Assembly (NCBI GenBank): GCA_963797555.1
Contig: CAWCPV010000014.1
Location: forward strand, 192,001-256,000
Reading direction: 5' to 3'
From: an uncultured Gammaproteobacteria bacterium
GTDB taxonomy: Bacteria > Pseudomonadota > Gammaproteobacteria > CAWCPV01
DNA: 64,000 nucleotides
Below the pieces are notes generated by a model. That model was not told where the DNA came from and did not search any database. It worked only from the letters and a program-made list of their open reading frames with translations. Positions 48,794-59,891 of the stretch are shown piece after piece. The position numbers and the translations under genes are program-made. Position 1 is the first letter of the stretch. Every line of letters starts with the position of its first letter.

Positions 48794-50806
48794 CTAGACC
48801 CCGCCCAGGACACCCTTCAGGTTGGCCAAGTGGGCGCGGCCGCGGTCCATGCGTTCCTCGATCGAAGGCGGCGGGGCTCGACCCTCCCATTCCAGATCTT
48901 CGGGCAACAGCTCCGAGAGGAAGCGGCTTGGCTGGCACTCGACCCGGTCTCCCTGACGGCGACGCTGGGCCGCAACGCTGAAGGTCAGGCTGCGTCGTGC
49001 GCGGGTGACCCCCACGTACGCCAGGCGCCGCTCCTCTTCGATCTGGCCGTTCGCCACGCACTCGCGGTGGGGCAGCAACTCCTCCTCCATGCCCACCATG
49101 AACACGTGGGCGAATTCGAGCCCCTTGGCGGCGTGCAGCGTCATCAGGTGGACCCGGTCGGCGCTGTGCTCCTTCCCAGCGTGCTCCAGGATGTCCACCA
49201 GGGTCAGATGGGCCACCATCTCCGCCAGGGTGCGGCCGCGCAGGTCTTCCCCGGCCAGGCGCTGGAGCCAGGCGATCAGGTCATGGACGTTCTGCAGACG
49301 CCGCTCGGCCGTCTTCAGGTCGCTGCAGGTCTCGCTGAGCCAGGCTGGATAATCGATCTCCGCGACGAGCTGGCGCACCGCGGCGATGGGGTCGCCGCGC
49401 TGGGCACGGTCGCTCAGGTCCACCAGCCAGTGGGCAAAGTGGCGCAGCCTCTCCAGCGGGCGGCCCGTGAGGTGCTGCTCCAGACCCAGCTCGAAGCTCG
49501 CGGCGAATAGGCTCTTCTGGCGCCGCGCGGCGTAGGCGCCGAGCTTCTCGAGAGTGGCGGGACCCACCTCGCGGCGAGGGACAGTCACGGCTCGAAGGAA
49601 GGCGGCGTCGTCGTCTTGGTTCGCGAGCACGCGGAGGTAGGCCATGATGTCCTTCACCTCGGTGCGCTCGAAGAACGACGTTCCTCCGGTCAGCACGTAG
49701 GGGACGCGCTCCTCGCGCAGCACCCTCTCGAACACCCTGGCCTGATGATGGCTGCGGTAAAGAATGGCGTAGTCGCCGTGGTTGACGCGGTGGACAAGGC
49801 GGTGGCGCGCCAGCTCCGTGACCACACGCTCCGCCTCGTGCTGCTCGTCTCGGCAGGTCAACACGCGCAGCGGGTCTCCGGGCCCGAGGTCGCTCCACAG
49901 CCGTTTCTCGAACAGGTGGGAGTTGTTGGCGATGAGCCGGTTGGCGGCGCCGAGGATGCGCCCGGTGGAGCGGTAGTTCTGCTCCAGCTTGATGACCTTG
50001 AGGCGCGGGAAGTCGTCCTGCAATAGCTGCAGGTTCTCCGGGCGCGCGCCGCGCCACGCGTAGACCGACTGGTCGTCATCGCCGACCACGGAAAACGTCC
50101 CGCGACGCCCGGCCAACAGCTTCATGAGCTGGTACTGCGCCGCATTGGTGTCCTGGTACTCATCCACCAGCAGATAGCGGATGCGCTCCTCCCAGGTGAC
50201 CCGTACGTCGGGGCAATCACTGAGCAGTTGGACCGGCCGCAGGATCAGGTCATCGAAGTCCAACGCGTTGTAGGCCCGAAGCTGCCGATCGTAGAGCGCA
50301 TAAAGGCGCGCGGACCCCTCCTCGGCCTCCGTTTCCGCGCCGGCGGCGGCCTGCTCCGGCGTTAGCAGCGCGTTCTTCCACAAGGAGATGCGTGTCGCGA
50401 CTTGGTCGTGGGCGAGGTCTGGCGATTGCGCTCCGCGGCTCGTCAGGTCGCGCAGCAGGCCGGCCGAGTCTTGGGCGTCGAGGAGGGAGAAGCCGGGTTT
50501 GTAGCCGAGCCTCGCCTGCGCCTTGCGCAGGATGTCGAGTCCCAGGGCGTGAAACGTGCAGACCCTGAGCCCCCGAAGTTCCTGGCCCTGGAGTAGAGAG
50601 CCTACCCGCTGTTTCATTTCTCTGGCCGCCTTGTTGGTGAACGTGACCGCGGCGATGTTGCGCGCGGGGATGCGGTGCGCTCGGACCAGATGGGCGATCT
50701 TGCGGGTGATGACCCGGGTCTTGCCGCTGCCGGCACCGGCTAGCACCAGCAGGGGGCCATCCGTGTATTGCACGGCGACGAGCTGACGAGCGTTGAGATC
50801 CGACAC
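48794..50806 (-). CDS. rep: Rep/UvrD ATP-dependent DNA helicase
   Basis: [52 protein letters not shown]. Confidence 0.9.
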   Translation of the reverse strand: MSDLNARQLVAVQYTDGPLLVLAGAGSGKTRVITRKIAHLVRAHRIPARNIAAVTFTNKAAREMKQRVGSLLQGQELRGLRVCTFHALGLDILRKAQARLGYKPGFSLLDAQDSAGLLRDLTSRGAQSPDLAHDQVATRISLWKNALLTPEQAAAGAETEAEEGSARLYALYDRQLRAYNALDFDDLILRPVQLLSDCPDVRVTWEERIRYLLVDEYQDTNAAQYQLMKLLAGRRGTFSVVGDDDQSVYAWRGARPENLQLLQDDFPRLKVIKLEQNYRSTGRILGAANRLIANNSHLFEKRLWSDLGPGDPLRVLTCRDEQHEAERVVTELARHRLVHRVNHGDYAILYRSHHQARVFERVLREERVPYVLTGGTSFFERTEVKDIMAYLRVLANQDDDAAFLRAVTVPRREVGPATLEKLGAYAARRQKSLFAASFELGLEQHLTGRPLERLRHFAHWLVDLSDRAQRGDPIAAVRQLVAEIDYPAWLSETCSDLKTAERRLQNVHDLIAWLQRLAGEDLRGRTLAEMVAHLTLVDILEHAGKEHSADRVHLMTLHAAKGLEFAHVFMVGMEEELLPHRECVANGQIEEERRLAYVGVTRARRSLTFSVAAQRRRQGDRVECQPSRFLSELLPEDLEWEGRAPPPSIEERMDRGRAHLANLKGVLGGV

Positions 50807-51222
50807 GGCGAGGCGGCGAGAGACAGGACCGCCGCATTGTATACCGCTTGCCAGAGGACCGGGAACCGCGTTTCGCGGGTCAGAATTGGCTCCACCGCCA
50901 GCCCGGGTCCGGCACTGAGTTGACTGTCCCCAGTGGTGCTTCACGCCCAAGACGCCGAGGGAGTCCGAACAGCCCCGGTTGCGATGTGTCGGCGACCACC
51001 ATTGCTAGCTGTCGGCGAACTCGTTGCAGCTCATCCAGAAAGCTTGGGGCGGCTGGAACGAAGGAGGGTTGCAAAGCTCGGCAAGATGTCGATAGGATGT
51101 TGCAGGCCAGCGACACGGGCACTTCGCACGACGGTGGCGAGGTCATTTCTCTTAGCCCAAGTCGCTCGCCCACTCTCAGGTCCACAACCAAAGCGTAAAG
51201 CGTGAGGAGAGGAGGAGTCCCC

Positions 51223-52579
51223 ATGACTACGACACGTCGCGATTTCATGAAGCTGAGTGGCGCCGCAGCGTTGGCTGCCGGCACTGGTGCAGGGTTGTCC
51301 GGTCTCGCCGGCGCGCAGTCGGGCGGCAAGGAGGCGGGCGGGGGAACAGGACCGCTGGCTTGGGTCCAGCACAAGGTCCCCTTGCCGAAAGCCAAGGGTC
51401 AGCGCGTGGTAGTGGTGGGTGGAGGCTGGTCCGGCCTCACCATTGCGAAGTACGTGCGGAAGGAAAACCCGGCCCTCGAACGTCGTGCTGGTGGAGAAGA
51501 ACCCCGTATTCCTGTCATGCCCGCTCACCAACATTTACGCGGTGGGCGCTCTGGACCTGGAGTTTCTGACCCAGAGCTACCTCGACCCGGCACGCAATAA
51601 TGGTTACATCTACCTGCAGGCGACGGTGGTGGGTGCCGATTTTGGCAGCCGCAAGCTGTACACCAGCCAAGGCGAACTCGATTATGACTACCTGTGCCTG
51701 TCGCCGGGTATCGACTACGACTACGCATCCCTCGGCGTCACCGAGCCGGCCGATGAGTTTTATCTGCGGCAGACGTATCCCGCGGGGTTCATGGCGGGCT
51801 CGGAGCACATCACCATCAAGCAGAAGCTCGGCAACTTCGACAAGGGGACCTTCCTTGTCACGGTGCCCACCGGAAATTACCGTTGCCTGCCCGGTCCATA
51901 CGAGCGCGCCTGTCTGATTGCCGACTACCTAAAGAAGGAGAAGATCAAAGGCAAGGTGGTGGTGGCCGACGCGAATCCCGACATCACCATCAAGAAAGAA
52001 GGGTTCCACGCGGCTTTCGACAAGCTGTACAAAGGGTATGTGGAGTACGTGCCGTCCTTCGAAATCAAGAGCGTGGACGTGCACGGCCGGAAGATCAAGT
52101 CCGACTTCAACGAGATGGCCTTCGATGACGCCACGATTTATCCACGGGTGCGCGGCTCCACGCTACTCGAAGCCTTGGGAGTGGTGAGCCCACAGAGCCC
52201 GCAAAAGGAGGCCAATATAGACCCGCTACAGTACAACGTCATCGGACAGGATCGGGTGTTCGCCGCCGGTGACGCCCGCCCGATGCCGTTCTCCAAGAGC
52301 GGCAATACGTCCAACTCGGAAGGCCATCACGTCGCGAAGGTGATCGTAGCCCGGGCAGAGGGCAAGGAGATCCCATGGCAGAGCCCGCACACAGTATGTT
52401 TCTCCGCAGTGGCATACAAGCCTCTCGAGGCCATCGGGGTGGATGCGCTTTATTCCTACAATCCCAAGGACAAATCCTTCGCATTTGCGCACGTCAAGCT
52501 CCAAGAAGAATGGAACAAGCAACTCGGCCAGACCGATCTGGAATGGGCTAAGGGCATGTTCCGCGACATGTTCACATGA
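51223..52579 (+). CDS. Tat-exported flavocytochrome c sulfide dehydrogenase flavoprotein (FccB/SoxF-like; apparent frameshift near 51478)
   Basis: TRRDFMK Tat signal, VVVGGGWSG, YRCLPGPYERA, AGDA, KSG. Confidence 0.8.
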
Positions 52580-52661
52580 GATCCGCGAGGCATGGTGGGG
52601 GGAGGTTCAGCCTGCCCCCTTCAAGAGTCGCCACCCAACCACAAAGCGCGAGGACTGTGCG

Positions 52662-53372
52662 ATGGAGAGGAGAACCTTCGTAAAGCTGTGTACCGGTGTG
52701 GCTGCTGCGCTGGCGGCGGATCCCGCGAGGCTGCTCGCCCAGGGATCTGGGGTGAAGCCTTACCAGCGCGTGAAGCTTGTGGATGGCTCAGGTAAGGCGC
52801 TTTCCCTCAAGACGCTAGACAAGGGCGTTAGCTACGTCTTCCTGTATCCGTATAAGGGGACGCCCTGCGTGCTGTTGAATCTGGGCAGCCCCCTGCAGGG
52901 TGGGGCGGAGCTCAAAACGGCGCAGGGGCAGACATACACTTGGCCGGGTGGAGCGGGGCCCGATAAGTCCGTGGTCGCCTATTCGAGCATCTGCACCCAC
53001 CAGCTTGCTTACCCGAACAAGACTCAGAGCTTCGTCAATTTTCAGAAGGGCAACAGCGCCATTGCCGGGAAGTCCGGCATGATCACTTGCTGTCTGCACA
53101 ACTCCGTGTTCGATCCGTCCACGGGGGGCAAGGTCGTGATGGGGCCAGCGCCGCAGCCGCTGCCAGCGATCATGCTGGACTACGATGCCAAGGAGGATGC
53201 AGCGTACGCCACGGGCGTCCTGGGAGGTGGCGAGCTGTTCCAGGACTTCTTCACCGCGTTCAAGAAGGATCTGCGCGAGCAATACGGACGCGGCGTGGCG
53301 GACGAAGAGGCTTCTGGCTCCGCAACCGTGGTGCCGCTGGCCGAATACACCGCTCAGCAAGTGCTGTGTTAA
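52662..53372 (+). CDS. Tat-exported Rieske [2Fe-2S] protein
   Basis: MERRTFVK, ICTHQ, CCLHNSVFDP, GPAPQPL. Confidence 0.85.
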   Translation: MERRTFVKLCTGVAAALAADPARLLAQGSGVKPYQRVKLVDGSGKALSLKTLDKGVSYVFLYPYKGTPCVLLNLGSPLQGGAELKTAQGQTYTWPGGAGPDKSVVAYSSICTHQLAYPNKTQSFVNFQKGNSAIAGKSGMITCCLHNSVFDPSTGGKVVMGPAPQPLPAIMLDYDAKEDAAYATGVLGGGELFQDFFTAFKKDLREQYGRGVADEEASGSATVVPLAEYTAQQVLC

Positions 53373-53717
53373 CGGCAGGCAGCCTCCGGTCGGAAAAACG
53401 ACGCCCTGTGGGAGCGGCTCCAGCCGTGTATGGTCTTGTTCACGGCCCGACAGCGAGGTCTTCCTGACAGGAGGAAGCGGGCAGCCCGATATTCCTCGTG
53501 CACAGACTCGTAGCACCGGCAGTTCTCGCATGGCGTAGCGGGCGCTGGCGGCGCGTTCGCTGCGCCGGCGTTGGCCTTGCTCCAAGTGGCCATCGGTTCA
53601 GGCGCAGTGGCCTCCGATCTTCCGCTGTCTCTGGCTGCGGAGTGCAGGGCCACGGCGGCCATGTTTCTGTGCGTCGTGTTAACCTTGTGCGGCTGATCCA
53701 AACCGGAGTCACCTCAG

Positions 53718-54788
53718 GTGCACGCCATCCCGGAGTTTCCGCGGACCGCCGTCACGCCGCGCACCGGCCCCATCGCCGTTTGGCTTCTGGTCTGTGCCGC
53801 CATGATCTTCTCCACGGTGGTGTTGGGCGGAGTGACCCGGCTCACCGGCTCGGGTCTGTCCATGGTGGAGTGGGACCCCATCTTCGGCGCGGTTCCGCCG
53901 CTCACGCAGGATGCCTGGCAGCAGACCTTCGACGAATACAAGGAATCGCCGGAGTACCGCCAGGTGAACTACCGCATGGACCTCGCAGGCTTCAAGCGCA
54001 TCTACTGGGTCGAATACGCCCACCGCGTGCTCGGGCGAACCATCGGGGTTGTTTTCCTGGTACCGCTGCTCGGCTTCATCGTCCTGCGGAAGGTGCCGCG
54101 AGAATTGGTGCCCAAGCTCTTCGGCATTTTCATCCTGGGCGGCCTGCAAGGCTTGCTCGGCTGGTACATGGTCAAGAGCGGGCTGGTGGGCAACCCGCAC
54201 GTCAGCCAGTACCGCCTGACCGCTCACCTGATGCTGGCCGTGCTCATCTATGGCTACATTCTCTGGGTTGCGCTCGAGCTGCTGTTCCCTCGGTATCAGG
54301 CGTCAGCGCCTGCACGCCGACTCAAGGCCCTTTCCTATTGGCTTCTGGCGCTGGTGCCTCTTACGATGACCTCCGGCGGCTTCGTGGCGGGTCTCAAAGC
54401 TGGACTCGCGTTCAACACCTTCCCTCTTATGGGTGGGCATTGGATCCCGGACGGGATCGGTGCGCTCGACCCCTGGTACCGCAACCTGTTCGAGAACATT
54501 ACCACGGTCCAGTTCGACCACAGGGTGCTCGCCATGATGACGCTGGCGTCGGTGTTCGCGCTCTGGACGACGGCGTTGCGCCAGGAGCGTTCCCCGGGCC
54601 TCCGCTGGGCGATTCCTGTCCTGCTGCTGATTGCGGTGCTGCAAGTGGCGCTGGGGATCTCTGCGCTGCTGCTCCATCTCCCGATGGTCCTGGCCTCGGC
54701 GCATCAGGCGGGCGCGCTCCTCCTGTTTACGGCGGTGCTGTTCGTCGCCCACCGCGCGAGAAGAAGCTCGGGCCAGCCGGCCTCCTGA
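53718..54788 (+). CDS. ctaA: heme A synthase (COX15/CtaA)
   Basis: GGVTRLTGSGLSMVEW, EYAHR, GWYMVKSGL, VSQYRLTAHL, QFDHR. Confidence 0.93.
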   Translation: MHAIPEFPRTAVTPRTGPIAVWLLVCAAMIFSTVVLGGVTRLTGSGLSMVEWDPIFGAVPPLTQDAWQQTFDEYKESPEYRQVNYRMDLAGFKRIYWVEYAHRVLGRTIGVVFLVPLLGFIVLRKVPRELVPKLFGIFILGGLQGLLGWYMVKSGLVGNPHVSQYRLTAHLMLAVLIYGYILWVALELLFPRYQASAPARRLKALSYWLLALVPLTMTSGGFVAGLKAGLAFNTFPLMGGHWIPDGIGALDPWYRNLFENITTVQFDHRVLAMMTLASVFALWTTALRQERSPGLRWAIPVLLLIAVLQVALGISALLLHLPMVLASAHQAGALLLFTAVLFVAHRARRSSGQPAS

Positions 54789-54998
54789 GAGCCACGCGTC
54801 CTACCGTGCCATCCATCTGCGGGAGGGCAGGGGAAGAGTATCGAGGTGGTGCGGGCGGGCCGGACTTTCGGTGCGTTCGGAGAAACGCGCCGAGCCTACA
54901 CGTCGCGGTGTCGCGCCTGGCCTGCGGCAGTGCGTCATGGCCCTGCGTAGTTCAGCCGAAAGAGATTCTTGGCATTAGCGATGGCTGCAGGAGCCGTT

Positions 54999-55265
54999 AT
55001 GGACTACTACGTGCCCTCTACCACTCTTGTGCAAAAAGTGGGCGAGGAGTGCGTCGTCCTGCATATGGAGAGTGGCAGGTACCTGAGTCTGGACGCGATC
55101 GGCACGCGCATGCTAGATCTGTTCTGCGAGCACGGCGAAGTAGAGACAATCGTATCCACTATGCTCCAGGAGTACGATGTGGCGGAGGAGCAGCTCAGGC
55201 GGGACTTGGAAGGCTTACTGGAAAAGCTGGTGCAGAATGGCCTCGTTCAGCGCATTCCGGAGTGA
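54999..55265 (+). CDS. PqqD-family RiPP recognition element
   Basis: VVLHMESGRYLSLDAIGTRM...EYDV...LVQNGL. Confidence 0.85.
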   Translation: MDYYVPSTTLVQKVGEECVVLHMESGRYLSLDAIGTRMLDLFCEHGEVETIVSTMLQEYDVAEEQLRRDLEGLLEKLVQNGLVQRIPE

Positions 55266-55350
55266 GGTGGGGCGTAGCGGAGCCCCACCAATAGCGGTGA
55301 CGCCCGCAGCAGAGTCGGGGGTCCCCCGTGTGCAGCGCGCTGTGAGCCCC

Positions 55351-56484
55351 ATGGATTTGTTGTGCCGTATTCTTCGCGGTGAGGATGCGGCTTGGCCAGG
55401 TCCCCCCGGCGCCAGCCCGTTTACTCATCGGTTTCTCGACGCCGCCACCTACCACGGAATCGGACCGCTCCTCTGCCGGAAAGCTTCCTCCGGGCTTGCT
55501 GGGCGGGACTGGCCCTCTGAGCTGTCGGAGGCCTGGGCTGGGGAGACACATCGCGAGGCAGCGGTCGAGCTGGTGCGTCAGCGAGAGCTGGTGGCAACCC
55601 TCGAGTCGTTGGCGGCGCAAGGCATTCAGCCGCTCCTGATGAAGGGGGCTGCCCTGGCGTACACTCACTATGAGTCGCCAGCGCTGCGACCCCGCTGTGA
55701 TACCGACGTTTTCGTGAGAGAGCGGGACGTCGATGCGATCGAGAAGGTCTTGACCACCCTCGGCTACGGACGTCCCAATGCGGTCAGCGGCAGCCTCGTC
55801 TGCTACCAGTGCGCGTACGTTAGACGGGACCGCCACGGCGTCCAACACGCATTGGATGTTCACTGGAGGATTAACAACGGTCAGCTGTTCGCCCGAGCCC
55901 TCAGCTATGAGGAAGCCGCTTGCCAGGCCGTCCCCGTCCCCCCCCTCGGACAACACGCGCGCGGATTAGCGCCCGTTCATGCCCTGTTCCTGGCATGCGT
56001 CCATCGAGCAGCGCACGAGCATGCGCCCTACTACATTGGCGACACGGCGCACTACGGCGGTGACCGGCTGATCTGGCTTTACGACATCCACCTTCTGCTC
56101 AGCCGCCTGTCCCGTGAAGAATTGGATGCATTCGTGGAGTTGGCCGCGTCCAGGCAAGTGAGAACAGTCTGCCTGGCTGCGTTGCGGAGGACTCAGGAAT
56201 GCTTTGGAACGGTGCTGCCTGATGACGTTGTGCAGGCGCTCTCAACGGGGGGGACGCCGGAGATGTCGGCGGTCTACGTCGAAGGCGGGCGCCTCCAGGC
56301 CGCATGGAGCGAGTTCAGGTCGCTACCGAGTGTTGGAAGCAGACTCCTGCTCCTGCGAGAGCATCTGTTTCCTCCCGCCGATTACATGCTTAAGAAATAT
56401 GGGCTTTCCAGTCGGGTTTGGTTGCCTGCGTTGTACGCGCACCGCGGCCTCCGGGGTGCTTGGAAGCTCTTGCACGGCCGCTGA
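55351..56484 (+). CDS. nucleotidyltransferase family protein
   Basis: LLMKGAALA, RPRCDTDVFV, LDVHW, LIWLYDI. Confidence 0.85.
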   Translation: MDLLCRILRGEDAAWPGPPGASPFTHRFLDAATYHGIGPLLCRKASSGLAGRDWPSELSEAWAGETHREAAVELVRQRELVATLESLAAQGIQPLLMKGAALAYTHYESPALRPRCDTDVFVRERDVDAIEKVLTTLGYGRPNAVSGSLVCYQCAYVRRDRHGVQHALDVHWRINNGQLFARALSYEEAACQAVPVPPLGQHARGLAPVHALFLACVHRAAHEHAPYYIGDTAHYGGDRLIWLYDIHLLLSRLSREELDAFVELAASRQVRTVCLAALRRTQECFGTVLPDDVVQALSTGGTPEMSAVYVEGGRLQAAWSEFRSLPSVGSRLLLLREHLFPPADYMLKKYGLSSRVWLPALYAHRGLRGAWKLLHGR

Positions 56485-56733
56485 TGGTTCGACGCACCGT
56501 TCCGCGGCGGGCTCGGCTGCTGCCGCGGCTGGCGAACGGGTATCCGGGCGCCAGGCGCTATTCGGGCCGTTCGACGGCGCTCGGCGCCGGGCTGGTCACG
56601 GACTTTAGCAACGGGGTATGGTGTTCGCGGCGTGGCACCCCTCACCCCGGGTTGGCGCGGGAAAGATTCTCTCAATTCCGCCCTCAAGATCGGGAAGGGG
56701 CTTGCCAGCGTCGGTTCTTGTTATTTCCCGACT

Positions 56734-57720
56734 TCACAGCGATGTCCAGGTCCGAGCGGCGGATTTCGTCGCCCCTCGGGATGACATGATGCGCAACCCC
56801 ACGCCGGTCAGCCGTTTCGCTACCCGCGTTACCTTCGACCACGCGGGAACGGCGGCCCGGAGCGTGGCCGAACGACTCCACCACTCTGGGTCCGTCTCGT
56901 AGCCCATCTCCTGCAGCAGGTCCCAGGCCGCCCCGTGAAAGGCGTAGCGGTCCAGCACGTCGAGGGAGTCCCGCCAGCCGCCCACAATGCCACGGCGGTA
57001 ATGCAGCGGGTGTGCCCGGATGCGAGGGTCCCCGGTCAGGCGCTCGCGCTGCAAGCGCGCGAAGTCGTGGTGTGCGACGACGGCTTCGACTCGGGCGGCG
57101 TCCATGCCGGACAGGTCGAGAAAACTGAACACACTGGCTAGAACCTCGGCGGGGTTGCGGCACAGCGCCTCATAGCGTACCTCGAGGTAGCGCCCCTGCA
57201 GGGTGCGGGCTGCGAGAGCCCCTCGCACGGTGCGTACCCAGAGCTGCGCCGCGTCATCGACCGTTATCCGTCCGAACCCCATTGGCTCCCCCGCCGCGAC
57301 CATCGATACCGCCACGTCGCGGCCGTCGCGGAGCAGGTGGATGAAGTGTGCGTCCGGCAGGAACGAGTCGATCAGTTGCACATGCTCGGAGTAGCCGGGC
57401 TGCTTGTCGAGCACGTGCGTCGCCTGCGGGTGCCGCTCCAGCACCCTCGAATAGACCTCCGAAACGAACCGGTCGAGAAAACGACGCAACTCCGCCTCAC
57501 TCCACACGCAGGGCAAGCCCTGGTGGAAGCCGCGGCCGGCCATCTCCTCCACCTCGAACCTCCAGGCTTTGATCCACGGAGCGACATAGCGATTGAATAG
57601 CGTTAGCTCCGCGGTGGTGGCCACCTGCGGGTGGCAACCGATCAGAATCTGCAGCCACGTGGTGCCGCTTCGGGGCGCGCCGATGAGGTAGACCGGCGTT
57701 GCGCGGGGTCCGGTTGTTAT
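56734..57720 (-). CDS. sulfotransferase (start apparently ATA at 57720)
   Basis: YLIGAPRSGTTWL PAPS loop upstream of the called ORF in the same frame; DKQP, RDGRDVAVS, VRYEAL, RRGIVGGW. Confidence 0.85.
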   Translation of the reverse strand: MTTGPRATPVYLIGAPRSGTTWLQILIGCHPQVATTAELTLFNRYVAPWIKAWRFEVEEMAGRGFHQGLPCVWSEAELRRFLDRFVSEVYSRVLERHPQATHVLDKQPGYSEHVQLIDSFLPDAHFIHLLRDGRDVAVSMVAAGEPMGFGRITVDDAAQLWVRTVRGALAARTLQGRYLEVRYEALCRNPAEVLASVFSFLDLSGMDAARVEAVVAHHDFARLQRERLTGDPRIRAHPLHYRRGIVGGWRDSLDVLDRYAFHGAAWDLLQEMGYETDPEWWSRSATLRAAVPAWSKVTRVAKRLTGVGLRIMSSRGATKSAARTWTSL

Positions 57721-58751
57721 CGTTCGTCCTGCCCTGTGAACCCTAGCGCTTCGGCTGCCGCCCCGTCGCTCGCACTGCTGCCCACCAGCGATAGGCTGCC
57801 GGACTGCCGGTTGCCGTGACCGTGTCTGCCCGGGCCGCCCAGGTCCACAAGGCGGGCCACCACGCCGCGGGGATCGGCAAGCAAGTCCGTCCCGAGCCGC
57901 ACGCGCAACGCCGGCCCGGCCGAGGCGAGGGCGGCGAGGGCGTTCAAGATGCGGCCACGCTGGCGCGGAAAGCGCGCCGATAGGTAAACGGGCGACGTTG
58001 CGTCAATCAAGCGTGCGAGGGCTTCGCCACCGGTGAGTCGCTCGGCGCGGCTGGCGCGAAGTCGGCGGTCGACCGACACGGCCCAGACCTGCGACACGCC
58101 AGCCATCGGTGTAAACCGCTCCGGCGCGTCACTGCGTCGCAACAGCCCCCGGGGAATGCCGTCGATGTGGACAGGCTGCACACGGGCCGCTGTGTGCGCA
58201 TCGAGGACGGCCTCGCCGGCGGTGCGCAGCAATACGTCGCGGCGAAACGGCGCCACGATCGGCTCGCCGCCGGCGCCCGGTCCGGCGACAATGCAGTCGT
58301 CGGAGAGGACGCGGCCGCCGGCACGCAACGCGGCCATCGCAACCGTCGACTTTCCAGCGCCAGTTTCGCCGAGGACGACGACGTGCTCACCGCCCACCGC
58401 GAACGCGGCGGCGTGCAGAACTACTAGCCCTTCGAGCGCAAGGGCATGGGCGATGGCGATCCTGAGCAGGGGCATGGTGCGCGCCAAGAGTTCTGGCGCC
58501 GCCACCGCAGGCGCTCGGACGCAGACCTCAGGGGCGTCCGTGAGGGCGACTGCGCCTCCACGCCAAGCGGCAACGTAGATGGGGCCGCGCCGCTGAATGG
58601 TCGGTAGCCGCGCGCGGGCGTTTTCCAAACATGGAGCGGGCAGCCGTTCGTCCAGATCGAGCACGACGCGTCTTGGCACGCCCCGCCACGGCCCCGCGAT
58701 GGTCTCGACGCCCAACTCGGCGAGAAGCGCTGCGCGCGCTTCCGTCGGCAC
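57717..58751 (-). CDS. HPr kinase-like P-loop kinase
   Basis: VLHAAA, GETGAGKST, LSDD. Confidence 0.8.
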   Translation of the reverse strand: MPTEARAALLAELGVETIAGPWRGVPRRVVLDLDERLPAPCLENARARLPTIQRRGPIYVAAWRGGAVALTDAPEVCVRAPAVAAPELLARTMPLLRIAIAHALALEGLVVLHAAAFAVGGEHVVVLGETGAGKSTVAMAALRAGGRVLSDDCIVAGPGAGGEPIVAPFRRDVLLRTAGEAVLDAHTAARVQPVHIDGIPRGLLRRSDAPERFTPMAGVSQVWAVSVDRRLRASRAERLTGGEALARLIDATSPVYLSARFPRQRGRILNALAALASAGPALRVRLGTDLLADPRGVVARLVDLGGPGRHGHGNRQSGSLSLVGSSASDGAAAEALGFTGQDER

Positions 58752-58905
58752 GGCGAGGTCTATGGAGACAGAAAAGGGAGGTATGCCGACCCGCTGCGCA
58801 GCCCATAGCGGGGAGGAGATCTGCCCCGCCGTCCTGCTGCCTGACCTCTCTCCCCGACCCAGTTCTTGCTCTCGGCTCAGTTTGCTGCTGCGGTCGCGTT
58901 GGCTT

Positions 58906-59640
58906 CTACGTCGGCGGCGAGTAGTGCTGGACGATCTCGACCCACGGATAGCAGATGGAGGCCCTCGCGCCGCCGGTCATGGCCTGGTCGCTCGAACGGA
59001 CCTGGATGCTGACAGTAAAATTATCCGTGCCGTTGGCGAGCTTCACTGTACCGTGATAAGCGGTGAAGGCGAGCACTGACTGCTTGTCGCTAGTTTGCCG
59101 AACGAGAAACGGCTGGACGGTCGTGCCGGGGCAGTTTACCGACTGCGCGCCCTGTGTCACCGTGCAAACCAAGGCATTGCCCTGCAGGACCGGGCCGGGG
59201 CCGGCTCCGCCGATGCCGGCCTGCACGTTCATGGTCAGGGTCACGTACTGGGCGCCAGGGACCGGAGTGAACGAGCCCGTGAAAAGCGTTGCCGGCGTGT
59301 AAGTGATTCCCGTAATGCAATTGGCCGTGCCCTGGAGGTTGAAACGGATGTTCTGCGCCCACTCCGAGGTTTGGAGACCAGAGTACTCGCAGTGTCCCGG
59401 GTAGGTGCAGTCGTCGAGCGCTGCCAGTGTAGTTGGCGCCCCGGCATTCGGCTGCGCGGTCGGCCCCGAACCCGCCTCGGTGAATATCGCGTCTCCATAG
59501 ATGTCGTACATCAACGTCGGCCCCGCGTCGCCGGCGTCTTGCGCCACCGGCGGGGGCTTGTGGTTCTGCTTGGCCAGAGCCACACCAGCTCCCGCAGCAC
59601 CGAGCACCGAGGATACCCCCAAGATCGCCCCTAATGTCAT
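58906..59640 (-). CDS. secreted Cys-containing, beta-rich hypothetical protein (start uncertain)
   Basis: signal-peptide-like MTLGAILGVSSVLGAAGAGVALA; six Cys. Confidence 0.65.
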   Translation of the reverse strand: MTLGAILGVSSVLGAAGAGVALAKQNHKPPPVAQDAGDAGPTLMYDIYGDAIFTEAGSGPTAQPNAGAPTTLAALDDCTYPGHCEYSGLQTSEWAQNIRFNLQGTANCITGITYTPATLFTGSFTPVPGAQYVTLTMNVQAGIGGAGPGPVLQGNALVCTVTQGAQSVNCPGTTVQPFLVRQTSDKQSVLAFTAYHGTVKLANGTDNFTVSIQVRSSDQAMTGGARASICYPWVEIVQHYSPPT

Positions 59641-59695
59641 GGCAGTTCTCGATATGGACACGGCTGGCCTCCTAAAGATTGCAGTTCGCGTTTTA

Positions 59696-59878
59696 TCACC
59701 CGGGCGGCTGAGCCTGGACTCCGTAGTTGTCCTGTTGAGTGCCATGCGACGAGCGCACGACTCGAATCAGTTCATGTACGGAAACTCGGGGCGACGTGTA
59801 CGGCTTCCGCTCGCGGCGTGACGGCTCAGACGCCTGCGTCTCCCTCGTCCACCCGTCCTCGTTCGATTTTTCGACCAC
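59696..59878 (-). CDS. lasso peptide precursor (predicted core SSHGTQQDNYGVQAQPPG)
   Basis: AAGGAG RBS, leader YTSPRV (YxxPxL-like), Asp at core position 8, directly downstream of the cyclase. Confidence 0.75.
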   Translation of the reverse strand: MVEKSNEDGWTRETQASEPSRRERKPYTSPRVSVHELIRVVRSSHGTQQDNYGVQAQPPG

Positions 59879-59891
59879 TGTGAGAACTCCT

